DNA of 64,000 bases from Candidatus Hadarchaeales archaeon (GTDB taxonomy: Archaea > Hadarchaeota > Hadarchaeia > Hadarchaeales > WYZ-LMO6). Location of the stretch: assembly GCA_038851755.1 (NCBI GenBank), contig JAWCKR010000001.1:32001-96000 (forward strand), in the 5' to 3' direction. This document shows, piece after piece, positions 16,999 to 31,400 of the stretch. How positions within the stretch are numbered: the stretch's first letter is position 1; each line of letters begins with the position of its first letter. A model generated the notes under the pieces. That model was not told the origin of the DNA. It did no database searches and was given only the letters and a program-made list of their open reading frames with translations. A program made the translations under genes and the position numbers.

Positions 16999-18177
16999 GT
17001 GGGTGGTGGGACCTCGCTGAGAAAGATCCTGGTGCTTCTGGTTTTTGTCTGCCTCTCGCTCCTGGTGGCAACCACCTTCCTCCGCGGTGGGGAGAGGATG
17101 GAGGGGGCCCCTCCTTCGTTCGAGGAGAGGGAGAACGAGTTCTGGGGTTCCCATCCCGAGCTGGGTGAGGGTCGAGTAACCTACACCGTCGTGCCAGTAG
17201 AACTCGAATACATCGAAGAAATCGTGCCGATCGGAAAGATAGGCACCATCGGCCATCCCATCCCCACCTCGCACACCTACTGGGTACTGGCCAGGAGGGA
17301 GTTGGGTTTCCCCGAAGACGGTTTCTCGAAGCCCGTCAGAGCACCCGCCGACGGCGTGATCACGAAAATCATCTTCACGTACTGGGCGGGCTTCCCGGAT
17401 TACGGCATCTATCTCAGGCACACCAACACCTTCATGACGGCATTTTACCACCTCTCGGAGCTGAGCGAGGGAGTGCTGGCCAAAATAAGCTCACCCCTGA
17501 GGGAGGGTTACGGCGGGAACGAGGTATACGTTCCGGTGAAGGCGGGGGATATCATCGGGAAAACGTCTTCCGCTATGGGGCAGAGCGCCTGCCTGGACAT
17601 GGGTGCCTACGACAGAGAGGTGCTGAACTTCATCCACCCGGAAAAGTATCCTCTGCCACAGCAGCACGCCATTTCCCCCCTGAACCTCTTCTCGCCCTCC
17701 CTGCAGGAGAGGGTCTACGAAAAGGTCAAAAGGACGACGGAACCGCGCGGCGGTGAATGCGACTACGATCTCAGGGGAAAGCTCTCCGGAAACTGGTTCC
17801 TGGAGGGGACGGATGGATGCACCGGTGAAAACGGGTACCAGAACTACCTCTCCTTCGGTTACGATGTTTACGACCCGCGGCAGTTGAGGATAAGTTTGGG
17901 CTGGAAGTTCCTCGAAGCATTTGGCTTTCCCTCATGGCTTCCCCCCCTATCCGGGGTGGAGGGGAATGCCCCGGACTTCAAGAACGTGGGCGTGAACAGC
18001 GGAAGGATCGTCTACAGGCTTGCACCCGTGGGGGGGGAGAACCTCGCACCCCTGCCAGAAACCACGTGTACCCTGTTGGTGGAGATGATGGACGAAGAAA
18101 AGATCAGGGTTGAGGTCTTCCAGGGCAACGTTCAGAATCCCTCCTTCACCCAAAGGGCGCTGATCTACACCAGGTAG
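16999..18177 (+). CDS. Exported/membrane-anchored protein with a degenerate M23-like domain
   Basis: N-terminal hydrophobic segment; PVRAPADGVI, YHLSE and VKAGDIIGKT resemble the M23 scaffold; codon usage differs from neighbours. Confidence 0.6.
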   Translation: MGGGTSLRKILVLLVFVCLSLLVATTFLRGGERMEGAPPSFEERENEFWGSHPELGEGRVTYTVVPVELEYIEEIVPIGKIGTIGHPIPTSHTYWVLARRELGFPEDGFSKPVRAPADGVITKIIFTYWAGFPDYGIYLRHTNTFMTAFYHLSELSEGVLAKISSPLREGYGGNEVYVPVKAGDIIGKTSSAMGQSACLDMGAYDREVLNFIHPEKYPLPQQHAISPLNLFSPSLQERVYEKVKRTTEPRGGECDYDLRGKLSGNWFLEGTDGCTGENGYQNYLSFGYDVYDPRQLRISLGWKFLEAFGFPSWLPPLSGVEGNAPDFKNVGVNSGRIVYRLAPVGGENLAPLPETTCTLLVEMMDEEKIRVEVFQGNVQNPSFTQRALIYTR

Positions 18178-18271
18178 CGGCGGAGGCTGCCCACAGTTTT
18201 CCATCCGTCTGCTTGTCTCCAAGCGAACAGGAAAGCTGGGGAGGGAGGGCATGACTCCGGGCCCTTTGAGG

Positions 18272-18356
18272 CGCCGGGGGAGGGATTTGAACCCTCGGGA
18301 CCCAAAGGGTCACACGCTCTCAAGGCGTGCGCCTTACCTGGCTTGGCTACCCCGGC
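18272..18356 (-). tRNA. tRNA-Ser(TGA)
   Basis: GCCGGGG acceptor stem, anticodon arm CACGC-CTTGAGA-GCGTG, long variable arm GACCC-TTT-GGGTC, T-loop TTCAAAT; no intron. Confidence 0.95.
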
Positions 18357-18435
18357 CCGGAAAAACTTGGAATGGAGGGGTATAGACCTGACGAAAAACC
18401 CTTTTGGTGGGCCCCCACATGTAGAAGGTGGAAGG

Positions 18436-18771
18436 GTGGAAGCCGGGCTGAGGGATATCCCCAGGCTGGCCTGGTACCTGGAGCTGCTGGCCTTCCTCTG
18501 CGTGGGACTGGGAGTGGTCCTGCTGGGCGTGGACGCGTACTTGGCAGGGGCCGAGCAGCAGCTCTCGGAGCTGGGGACCGAGGCGGAGGGGGTGGAGAGC
18601 ACCCTCAGCTCCGCCGTGGCGGTGGTCCTGCTTCTGGGGGTGATCCTGCTGGTGTGCGGCGGGGGATGCTGGTACCTGAGCCACAGGATTCAGAGGATCA
18701 TGGAGGAGTCCTCCGAGGAGCTGAGGGCCATGGAGGTGAGGAGGGCCGCGCGCGAGGCCCCGAGGGAGTAA
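18436..18771 (+). CDS. Hypothetical two-TM membrane protein
   Basis: Two hydrophobic segments and host-like codon usage; start codon uncertain. Confidence 0.6.
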   Translation: MEAGLRDIPRLAWYLELLAFLCVGLGVVLLGVDAYLAGAEQQLSELGTEAEGVESTLSSAVAVVLLLGVILLVCGGGCWYLSHRIQRIMEESSEELRAMEVRRAAREAPRE

Positions 18772-18800
18772 GGATCGGCCTGCCACGGGTCACCCACAGG

Positions 18801-18833
18801 TTTATATATCGGAACCGATATCGGGAGTGATAT
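18801..18833 (+). promoter_or_regulatory. TATA box overlapped by a palindromic operator upstream of padR
   Basis: TTTATATA (18801-18808); perfect inverted repeat ATATCGG-AA-CCGATAT (18806-18821); second imperfect copy ATATCGG-GA-GTGATAT (18818-18833). Confidence 0.75.
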
Positions 18834-19365
18834 GTTCGGATGGATGCGGGGGCGGGCCGTCCCCAGGGGCCTGCTGCGCTACTACGTGCTGGAGTCCCTG
18901 AGCGAGAAACCCATGTCGGGCTCGGAACTCATGGACGAAATAGAGAGGAGGAGCGAGGGATGCTGGAGGCCCAGTCCAGGCTCCATCTACCCCCTGCTGG
19001 CCTGGCTCCAGGACACGGGGCACGTGGAGGAGATGCCCCGTGACAAAAGCGGGATGAGGCGCTACAGGCTCACGCGGACGGGGAAGAAGCTCCTCCAGGA
19101 GGAGAGGAGGGTGTGGACGAGGGTGGGAAAAGGGGCGAACTTCTTCGTCCACCCCTTCGGCCCGCCCTGGCACAGGCTACCCCCCGAGAAAACGGCGGAG
19201 GTGAGGAGGGCGATGCGCAGGGTGGTGGTCGCCTTCATGGAGGCCATGGGGACCCTGGCGGAGGAGGCTTCGGGGGAGGCCCTGGAGGGGATGCGCAGGA
19301 TCCTGGAGGAAACGGCCGAGAGGTTCGAGGAGATGAGCCGGAAGCTCAGGGAGGGGAAGAAATGA
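18832..19365 (+). CDS. PadR-family transcriptional regulator
   Basis: RGLLRYYVL...PMSGSELM...WRPSPGSIYPLL...YRLTRTG. Confidence 0.9.
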   Translation: MFGWMRGRAVPRGLLRYYVLESLSEKPMSGSELMDEIERRSEGCWRPSPGSIYPLLAWLQDTGHVEEMPRDKSGMRRYRLTRTGKKLLQEERRVWTRVGKGANFFVHPFGPPWHRLPPEKTAEVRRAMRRVVVAFMEAMGTLAEEASGEALEGMRRILEETAERFEEMSRKLREGKK

Positions 19366-20354
19366 GGGAAATGGTGAAGGCGGAGGAGCTCACCAGGGTC
19401 TTCAACGGCCTCACCGCCGTGGACCACGTCACCTTCGGGGTGAGGGAGGGAGAGATCTTCGGCTTCCTGGGACCCAACGGGGCGGGGAAGACCACCACCA
19501 TCCACATGCTCACCACCGTCCTGAAGCCCACCAGCGGCAGGGCGGAGGTCTGCGGCTACGATGTGGTGAAAGAACCTGAAAAGGTGCGGAAGTCCGTGGG
19601 GGTGGTGCCCCAGGAGTACACGGCGGACGAGGACCTGACCGGGTACGAGAACGTGATGCTGTGCGCGGACCTCTACGGCCTGCCCAGGGAGGAGAGCAGG
19701 AAGAGGGCCCTGGAGCTCCTCTCCCTGGTGCAGCTGGAGCCCTTCAAGGACAAAAGGGTGGAGACCTACTCGGGGGGGATGAGGAGGAGGCTGGAGCTGG
19801 CCTGCGGGCTCATCAACCGCCCGAAGGTGCTCTTCCTGGACGAGCCCACGCTGGGACTGGACGTTCAGACCAGGGCCTCCATCTGGAGGCACATCCTCTC
19901 CCTGAGGGAGAACTTCGGGATGACGATCTTCCTCACCACCCACTACCTGGAGGAGGCCGACCAACTCTGCGACCGCATCGCCATCATCGACCACGGAAAG
20001 ATCGTGGAGGAGGGAAGCCCGTCGGAGCTGAAGGACTCGCTGGGGGGGGACCTCCTCACCCTGGAGTGCGAGGGAGATGGGGTGGAGGAGGTCCTGAGGG
20101 GCCTGGAGGGGGTAAAGGAGGTGAAGGCGGAGGGGAGGGAGTACAGGGTTAAGGTCAGCAAGGGGGAGACCGTGGCCCCCCTCCTCCTGCGGGCCCTGGG
20201 CGAGAGAGGCCTGACGGTAAAACGCCTCTCCCTCACCAAGCCCACCCTCAACGAGGTCTACCTGGAGAGGACGGGAAAGTCGCTCAGGGACCAGGAGGAA
20301 GGCCCTGAGGAAACCCTCAGGCAGAGGGTGACCCTGTGGAGGGCCAGGAGGTAG
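19362..20354 (+). CDS. ABC exporter ATP-binding protein (DrrA-like)
   Basis: GPNGAGKTT, YSGGMRRRL, LDEPT, TTHYLEEA. Confidence 0.93.
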   Translation: MREMVKAEELTRVFNGLTAVDHVTFGVREGEIFGFLGPNGAGKTTTIHMLTTVLKPTSGRAEVCGYDVVKEPEKVRKSVGVVPQEYTADEDLTGYENVMLCADLYGLPREESRKRALELLSLVQLEPFKDKRVETYSGGMRRRLELACGLINRPKVLFLDEPTLGLDVQTRASIWRHILSLRENFGMTIFLTTHYLEEADQLCDRIAIIDHGKIVEEGSPSELKDSLGGDLLTLECEGDGVEEVLRGLEGVKEVKAEGREYRVKVSKGETVAPLLLRALGERGLTVKRLSLTKPTLNEVYLERTGKSLRDQEEGPEETLRQRVTLWRARR

Positions 20355-21175
20355 GGGGCCGGCCCCTTCAGGGCTTTCTCGCCCTTACCAGGAGGGAGCT
20401 GAAGAAGTGGTACAAGGAGCCCCTCCTCCTGCTCATCACCGTCCTCCAGCCCCTGATCTGGATGGTCTTCCTCGGGAAGGCCATGAACCTTGGGGCCGTC
20501 TTCGGAGGGGGAGTACCGCCGGACCTGGCCAGGCAACTCATGCTGCGCTCCTTCGGAACCACCGACTACTTCTCCTTCATGGCCACGGGGATGATCGCCG
20601 TCACCTGCCTCTTCACCACCATGTTCACGGGTTTCTCCATCATCTGGGACCGCAGGCTGGGCTTCCTCAACAAGGTCCTGAGCACCCCCGTCTCCAGGGC
20701 CTCCGTGGTCTTCTCCAAGGTCGTCTACGCCACCCTGCGCTCCTCCTTCCAGGTCCTCATCATCCTGGCGGCCGCCTTTGCCCTGGGGCTGAAGGTGGGC
20801 CCGGGCTTTCACCCCCTTCACCTGCTGGGGGTCTTCCTGGTCACCTTCATGGTGTGCGTGACCTTCTCCTCCCTCTTCCTGATGCTGGCCCTCAGGTCCA
20901 CCAGGTGGGAAACCCCCATGGCCATGGTGAACCTGATGGTCATGCCCCTGATGTTCGCCTCCAACGTCTTCTTCCCCCTGGAGCTGATGCCGGGGTGGCT
21001 GAAGGCCATAGCCAGCGTGAACCCCCTCTCCTACACCAACGACGCCGTGAGGCAGTTCACCATCTGGGAACTGAACGCAGGCACCCTCCTGAAGGACCTG
21101 GCCTACCTGGGGCTCTTCAGCCTGGCCATCTCCTCCCTGAGCGTTTACCTGGCCAGGAAGTACCTCTCCCGCTAG
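20336..21175 (+). CDS. ABC-2 type permease (DrrB-like)
   Basis: Multiple TM helices; [19 protein letters not shown]. Confidence 0.9.
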   Translation: MEGQEVGGRPLQGFLALTRRELKKWYKEPLLLLITVLQPLIWMVFLGKAMNLGAVFGGGVPPDLARQLMLRSFGTTDYFSFMATGMIAVTCLFTTMFTGFSIIWDRRLGFLNKVLSTPVSRASVVFSKVVYATLRSSFQVLIILAAAFALGLKVGPGFHPLHLLGVFLVTFMVCVTFSSLFLMLALRSTRWETPMAMVNLMVMPLMFASNVFFPLELMPGWLKAIASVNPLSYTNDAVRQFTIWELNAGTLLKDLAYLGLFSLAISSLSVYLARKYLSR

Positions 21176-21543
21176 CCCTTGAGCTCTATCTTGATGTGAA
21201 CCTCGGGCGGGATCTGCAAGCGCATGAGCTGGCGCATCGCCCTCTCATCCGCCTTCACGTAGATGAGCCTCTTGTGGATCCTTAACTCCCACTTGTCCCA
21301 GGTCGCCGTTCCCTCTCCGTCCGGGGCCTTCTTCACGGGTATCACGATGCGCTTGGTGGGGAGGGGGATGGGGCCCCAGACCACCTTCTCCTTCTTCTCA
21401 CGTGCCACGATGCGCTTGGGTGGGAGAGGGATGGGCCCGGACATCTCCACCCCGGTGCGCTGGGCTATCTCCTTGATCTGCGCACAGATCTCATCCAGCT
21501 TCTTATGGTCCGTGCCGGAAAGGTGAATCTTGGCCCGCTGCAT
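21172..21543 (-). CDS. rpsJ: 30S ribosomal protein S10 (uS10) with internal duplication
   Basis: AKIHLSG, GPIPLP present twice, [21 protein letters not shown]; immediately downstream of EF-1alpha. Confidence 0.93.
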   Translation of the reverse strand: MQRAKIHLSGTDHKKLDEICAQIKEIAQRTGVEMSGPIPLPPKRIVAREKKEKVVWGPIPLPTKRIVIPVKKAPDGEGTATWDKWELRIHKRLIYVKADERAMRQLMRLQIPPEVHIKIELKG

Positions 21544-21583
21544 GCCTGCACCCCTCACCTTCTGCCCGGGGGGTAAAAAAGGT

Positions 21584-22846
21584 TCACTTGGCCTTCACCA
21601 GGTCTATGCACACGCCCGCCGCGATGGTCATACCCATGTCGCGGATCGCGAACCTGGCAAGCTGGGGTATGTCCGAGACCTTCTCGATCACGAGGGGCTT
21701 CGTGGGCCTCACCCTGATGGTGGCCATGTCCCCCCTCTTTATGAACTGGGGATGCTCCTCCACCACCTGGCCCGTCTTCGGGTCCATCTTGTTGATGATT
21801 TCCGTGATCTGGCAGGCCACCTGAGCGGTGTGAACGTGGAACACGGGCGTGTAGCCCGCCGCTATGGCCGTCGGGTGCTGCAGGACCGCTATCCTGGCCA
21901 CGAACTCGCTAGCCACCGTTGGCGGGGAGCTCGGCAGGCCCGCCACGTCACCCCTCCTGATCTCGTTCTTGGCTATACCCCTGATGTTGAACCCGATGTT
22001 GTCCCCTGGCTCCGCCTTGGGGATGGACTCGTGGTGCATCTCTATGGACTTCACCTCGCCCGTCTTCCCGGAGGGCTCGAACACCAGGGTGTCACCCACC
22101 TTGAGCACGCCCGTCTCCACCCTACCCACGGGCACCGTTCCCACACCCGTGATGGAGTACACGTCCTGGATGGGAATCCTGAGGGGCTTGTCTATGGGCT
22201 TGGGAGGTATCACGAAGGCGTCCAAGGCCTGCAGCATGGTGGGGCCGCTGTACCACTTCATTTTCTCGCTCGGCTTCGTCACGTTCTCTCCGTGGAAAGC
22301 CGCCACCGGTACGAAGGGGAACTTGTCCGCGTTCCTGAAGCCAACCACCTTCAGCATCTCCATAATCTCCGACCTCAGCTTCTCGTAGACTTCCTTCTTG
22401 TAGTCCACGAGGTCCATCTTGTTGATGGCCACCGCCAGCTGCCCCACCCCCAGCGTGAAGGCGAGGGCGGCGTGCTCCCTCGTCTGGGGCATGATCCCGT
22501 CGTCCGCAGCCACCACCAGGATGCCTGCGTCAGCCTGGCTGGCCCCTGTAATCATGTTTTTGACGAAGTCCCTGTGACCGGGAGCATCTATCAGGGTGAA
22601 GTAGTACTTGTCGGTCTCGAACTTCCTGTGGGCGAGGTCTATCGTGAGCCCGCGCTCCCTCTCCTCCTTCAGATCGTCCATCACCCAGGCGAACTTGAAG
22701 GTCTTGCCCTTGTCCCCCAGGGCCTCGAACTTCTTTATCTCCTCCTCCTTCACCGCTCCCTTCTCGAAGAGCAACCTCCCCAGGAGGGTGGACTTGCCAT
22801 GGTCCACGTGCCCCATCGTCACCAGGTTCAGGTGTGGCTTGGCCAT
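21584..22846 (-). CDS. tuf: Elongation factor 1-alpha
   Basis: [38 protein letters not shown]. Confidence 0.98.
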   Translation of the reverse strand: MAKPHLNLVTMGHVDHGKSTLLGRLLFEKGAVKEEEIKKFEALGDKGKTFKFAWVMDDLKEERERGLTIDLAHRKFETDKYYFTLIDAPGHRDFVKNMITGASQADAGILVVAADDGIMPQTREHAALAFTLGVGQLAVAINKMDLVDYKKEVYEKLRSEIMEMLKVVGFRNADKFPFVPVAAFHGENVTKPSEKMKWYSGPTMLQALDAFVIPPKPIDKPLRIPIQDVYSITGVGTVPVGRVETGVLKVGDTLVFEPSGKTGEVKSIEMHHESIPKAEPGDNIGFNIRGIAKNEIRRGDVAGLPSSPPTVASEFVARIAVLQHPTAIAAGYTPVFHVHTAQVACQITEIINKMDPKTGQVVEEHPQFIKRGDMATIRVRPTKPLVIEKVSDIPQLARFAIRDMGMTIAAGVCIDLVKAK

Positions 22847-22897
22847 CTTCTCGACCTTAGTCTCGATTGTCCTCCCGGATTTAAATCTTTTTGCGTT

Positions 22898-23503
22898 TCA
22901 CCTGGCCTTTTCGGCTATCCTCTCTATCTCTTCCTTCCTGGCCACGGCGTAGCTCTTGGAGTCGTACTGGGAGGCCAGGATGATCTCCTCTGCCAGGCAC
23001 TCCTCTATGGGCTTTTTGTTTCTGAAGGAGGCGGCGAAGGCCCCCGCCGCCAGGTTCATCAGGGCCACGTCAATCCCCCTGGCTGGAGAGGCGTCCACCG
23101 CCAGGTGGTAGGTGATGCCCCCGTAGGTGATCCTCGTCGTTTCCTCCCTGGGGGCGGCGTAGTGGATGGCGTCCACCAGCACCTGCAGGGGGTTCTTCTT
23201 CGTCCTCTCCTCTATGATCTCAAAAGCCCTCTTCACGATGTTGTAGGCCTTGTGCTTCTTCCCGCACGCCCCTGCCCCCCTGATCACCTTCCCCCCTATC
23301 TTCTTGGCCCCGGGACCCGACCTCATGACCTTGTTGATAAGGCGCTCCACTATGGGCACCTCCGCTTTGCCCAAGCTCCTGGAGGCCTGCCTCCCCCCGG
23401 AGGACAGGGCGAGGGTGGGCTGCAATCTCAGGTACCTCTTCATCCCCGGGTCCCTGATCTCCACCCCCTCCGCGGACCACTTCCCAAAGTACTTCATCTC
23501 CAA
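22898..23503 (-). CDS. rpsG: 30S ribosomal protein S7
   Basis: VPIVERLINK, NPLQVLVDAI, PREETTRITYGG. Confidence 0.96.
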   Translation of the reverse strand: MEMKYFGKWSAEGVEIRDPGMKRYLRLQPTLALSSGGRQASRSLGKAEVPIVERLINKVMRSGPGAKKIGGKVIRGAGACGKKHKAYNIVKRAFEIIEERTKKNPLQVLVDAIHYAAPREETTRITYGGITYHLAVDASPARGIDVALMNLAAGAFAASFRNKKPIEECLAEEIILASQYDSKSYAVARKEEIERIAEKAR

Positions 23504-23507
23504 GCCC

Positions 23508-23936
23508 TCACCTCGCCGGTTTTTCCTTCCTGCCCTTCACCAGCTCCTTCAGGGAGACACCGTTCACCTTCACCACCCTGTACCTCACCCCAGGGATGTC
23601 CCCCTTCGGACCCCCCTGGGCACCTCCTATCCCCTCTATGATCACCTCGTCGTGCTCGTCGATGAACCCTATGGCCCCGTCACCGGGGGCGAAGGCGGTG
23701 ACCTGCCTGCCGTTCTTCACGATCTGTACCCTCACGCACTTCCTTATGGCCGAGTTGGGCTGCTTTGCCTCCATCCCCACCTTCTCCAGAACGATGGCCC
23801 TCGCCTGCGGGGCACCCTCCAAGGGATCGGCTTTCTTGTCCAGCTCCAGCACCCTCCGCTGGTAAGCCGAGTCCTTCCACCTGAACCTCTGCCTGCTGGA
23901 CCTCAGCTTCCTGGCCGCAAATTCTCCCTTTCCCAT
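23508..23936 (-). CDS. rpsL: 30S ribosomal protein S12
   Basis: [24 protein letters not shown]. Confidence 0.97.
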   Translation of the reverse strand: MGKGEFAARKLRSSRQRFRWKDSAYQRRVLELDKKADPLEGAPQARAIVLEKVGMEAKQPNSAIRKCVRVQIVKNGRQVTAFAPGDGAIGFIDEHDEVIIEGIGGAQGGPKGDIPGVRYRVVKVNGVSLKELVKGRKEKPAR

Positions 23937-23957
23937 CTCATCCCTTCCGGCGCTCCC

Positions 23958-24382
23958 TCATTTTATTATTATGTTGTGGATTCCGCAGTTCCTCTGGGCA
24001 AGCTTCTTCGCCCTCTTGATCCTTGCCCCGCCCTTCCCTATCGCCAGCCCCTTGTCCTGCTGCCTCACCTCCAGCACCGCCACCTTCTTCCCGTCCTCCT
24101 CCATGAAGGTCAGGGAACCTATCTGGGCGGGGGAGAAGAGCAGCCTGAGGAACTCCTCCGGATCCTCCGAGTATCCCACCACCTCCACCTCCTTTCCGAG
24201 GAGCCTCCTGAGCTTCTTTATATGGCACCCGTTCTTCCCCACGCAGAGCCCCACCAGCTCCTTCTGCACCAGAAACACCAGCCTGTTCTCCCCCTCGCTG
24301 AGGATGCAATCCCTGGCCTTCACCCCGCTGACCATCTCCAGGAGGGAGATGTACCTCATCTCTTCCTCGCTGAGGGTGATGT

Positions 24383-24386
<4 letters not shown>
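23958..24386 (-). CDS. nusA: Archaeal NusA (KH-domain) transcription factor
   Basis: VGKNG and AIGKGG KH motifs; conserved position after L30e. Confidence 0.9.
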
Positions 24387-28470
<4,084 letters not shown>

Positions 28471-28482
28471 TCCCTCACCTCC

Positions 28483-31400
28483 TCAGGCCTTGTCCCGCAG
28501 CCTTATGCGGGCATCCAGGCAGAGGGACCTGAGCTCATCCAGCATCAGCTTGAAGGCATACGGCATCTCCACGGTGTAGATCTCCGACTCCTCCTCGCAG
28601 AAAGGACAGTAGGTCCTGCCCCTCCTCCTGTCATAAACGGCGAAGTGCCCGCACCTACCGCAGACCAAAGCGTCGAACTTGTCCGAGCTCTCCAAAAGCC
28701 TGTCCCTGAGCAGCCTGGCCGCGCCGTACCCTATCAGGCAGTCCCTCTCCATCTCCCCGAACCTGAGCCCCCCTTCCCTCGCCTTTCCCTCCGTGGGCTG
28801 GTGGGTGAGGACCTGAACAGGCCCCCTGGACCTCACGTGCACCTTGTCCGCCGCCATGTGGTGAAGCTTCTGGTAGTAGCAAACCCCTATGAAGATCTCT
28901 GCAGGAATCATCTCCCCGGTCATCCCGTTGTACATCACCTCCTTCCCCACGGGGTGGAAGCCCCTCTCCTTCAGCATCTCCCTGATCCTCTCCTCCGGCT
29001 CTCCCTCGAAGGTGGTGCCATCCACCTCCTTCCCCACCAGCGCGCCAGCCTTCCCCGCCACCATCTCCAGGAGCTGTCCTATCGACATCCTGGAGGGTAT
29101 GGCATGGGGGTTGATGATGAGGTCGGGGACGATGCCGCTCTCCGTGAAGGGCATATCCGCTCCGTCCATCACCAATCCCACCACTCCCTTTTGTCCATGC
29201 CTGGAGGCGAACTTGTCCCCCACTTCGGGTATCCTGAGACTCCTCACTCTAACCCTTGCCGCCCTGTTCCCTTCAGCCGTCATCACCAGATAAACCATGT
29301 CAGCTATTCCCTCTTCCCCCGGCTTTACCCTGATGGAACTCTCCCTCCTTCCCACCTCCATCTTTACCCCAAACTCGTCCGTTTCCTCGAAGAATCGTGG
29401 GGGACTGGTCCTACCTATCACCACATCCTCCACCACGAGCCTGGACTCCGGCTCCACTATTCCCTCCTCCCCGAGGCTGGCATAATGGGAGATGTCCGAG
29501 TACCCCCTGACTTCCTCGCTGGGTATCTCGAACTTGTCCCTCTGCCCACCGGAGTACCTTCCCTCCTCGGCCTCGTAGATGGTGAAGGAGGTGCTCCTTC
29601 CCAGTCCGCGGTCTATCGAATCCCTGTTGACTATGAGGGCATCCTCCATGTTGTAACCGCCGTAACATGCGATGGCCACCACCAGGTTCTGACCGCAGGG
29701 CCTCTCCCTGAATCCCAGGAGGTCCATCACCTTGGTCCCCACCAAGGGGCGCTGCGGATAGTGGAGGAAGTAGGCGTGAGTATCGGTTCTGGTGTGCATG
29801 CTCACGGAGAAAACCCCCAGGGCCTGCTTCGCCATGTTCGCCCCGTAGGTGTTGCGGGGTGACTGGTTGTGCTCGGCGTAGGGAATGAGGGAAGCGCTGC
29901 CACCCAGCATGGCTAGGGGGTGAAGCTCCAGATGGGTGTGCTCGGGGGTGAGCTCCTCGGGGTTGACCGCCACGTAGGTGTTCTCCTCCTCGTCCGCATC
30001 CAGGTACTCGACCACCCCGCTCCTGACGAGCTCGCTCCAGCTCATCCTGCCGCTCCTGAGCATCTCCAGGTGCTGATCGGTGACCAGGGGTTTGCCGTCC
30101 TTCACCACTATCAGGGGTCTCCGCACCCTTCCCGGATCGCACCAGACCGTTACCTCGTTGGTGTCCTTCTTGAACCTGACGTTAACCTGGTCGCTGAGCT
30201 CCCCCTTCCTCCTTCTCTCCCTTATCTCGTTGGCCAGCTTCTCCCCGTCCTCCACCGTGCCTATCACCCTCCCGTTGAGGAAGACCGCCACCCTGCCGCT
30301 GCGCTCACCTCCCTTCCTGATGGGAAAGACCCCTATCCCGTAGAGGGTCTTCTCCACCCTCCCCTCATCATCTCCCGTGGAGATTTCGGCGGTGAGGGCG
30401 AGGTTCTTCACCAGACCGCAATTGGGTCCCTCGGGAGTTTCCGACGGACATATCTTCCCCCAGTGGGTGGGGTGGAGGTCCCTAGCCTCGAAGTGCGGCT
30501 GGCTCCTGCTCAGCGGGGAGATGATCCTGCGAAGGTGCGAGAGGGTGGAGATGTAGTTGGTCCTGTCCAGGAGCTGGCTCACCCCCGTCCTCCCGCCGGG
30601 CCAGTTCCCGGTCGCGAGGGTGTGCCTGATCTGCTCGGTGAGGAGGTCCGCCCTGGCCGCCGTCCTGAGGTTGAGCTCCCTGCCCCTGGAGTGGGAGCGC
30701 TCCAGCTGATACTTGATGTCCTTTATGAGGTTGACGAGGGCCACCCTGAAGATGTTCTCCAGCATCTCCCCGCTCAGCTTCAGGCGCTTGTTCCCGTAGT
30801 GGTCCTTGTCGTCCACCCCCCTCCTGCCCAGGGAGAGCTCTATCACCCTCTCCACCATGCTGCCCAGGAAGTAGGCCTTGGCCAGCCTGTCCTCGGGGGA
30901 GGTGCCTATGTGGGGAAGGAGGTACTTGTCCAGGACCTCCTGCGCCCTCTGGAGCCTGTAGCTCTTCACCTGCCCTATGGCCACCCTCTTCCCTATCACG
31001 TCCAGCGCGTCCTTCTCCGTCTTTATCTCCACGCCCTCCGTCAGGTTCTCGAAGAGCTCCCTCACGATCTCCGGGTCATCGGAGACCGCCTCCACGATGT
31101 CCTTGTCCTTGACCAGGCCCAGGGCCCTCATCACCACGACCAGCGGCAGCTGCCCCGGGACAGAGGGGAAGGAAACCCGTATCAAGCCGTCCTTCTTGCG
31201 CTCCACCACCACCAGCGCGCGGAAGCCCCGGCGGCTGGAGAAAACCTTGGCCACCTCCACCCCCAGGCGCTCGTCCCTCTCCACCAGGATGGAGTTCGTG
31301 GCCAGATCATCCTGGATGACGATGACCCTCTCCGACCCGTTGATGATGAAGTATCCCCCCGGATCCATGGGATCCTCCCCCATGGCCACCAGCTCCTCCT

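Noticed and set aside
18178-18356. Integrated element at tRNA-Ser
   Set aside because: No integrase and no duplicated tRNA 3' end (att site) visible in the window.
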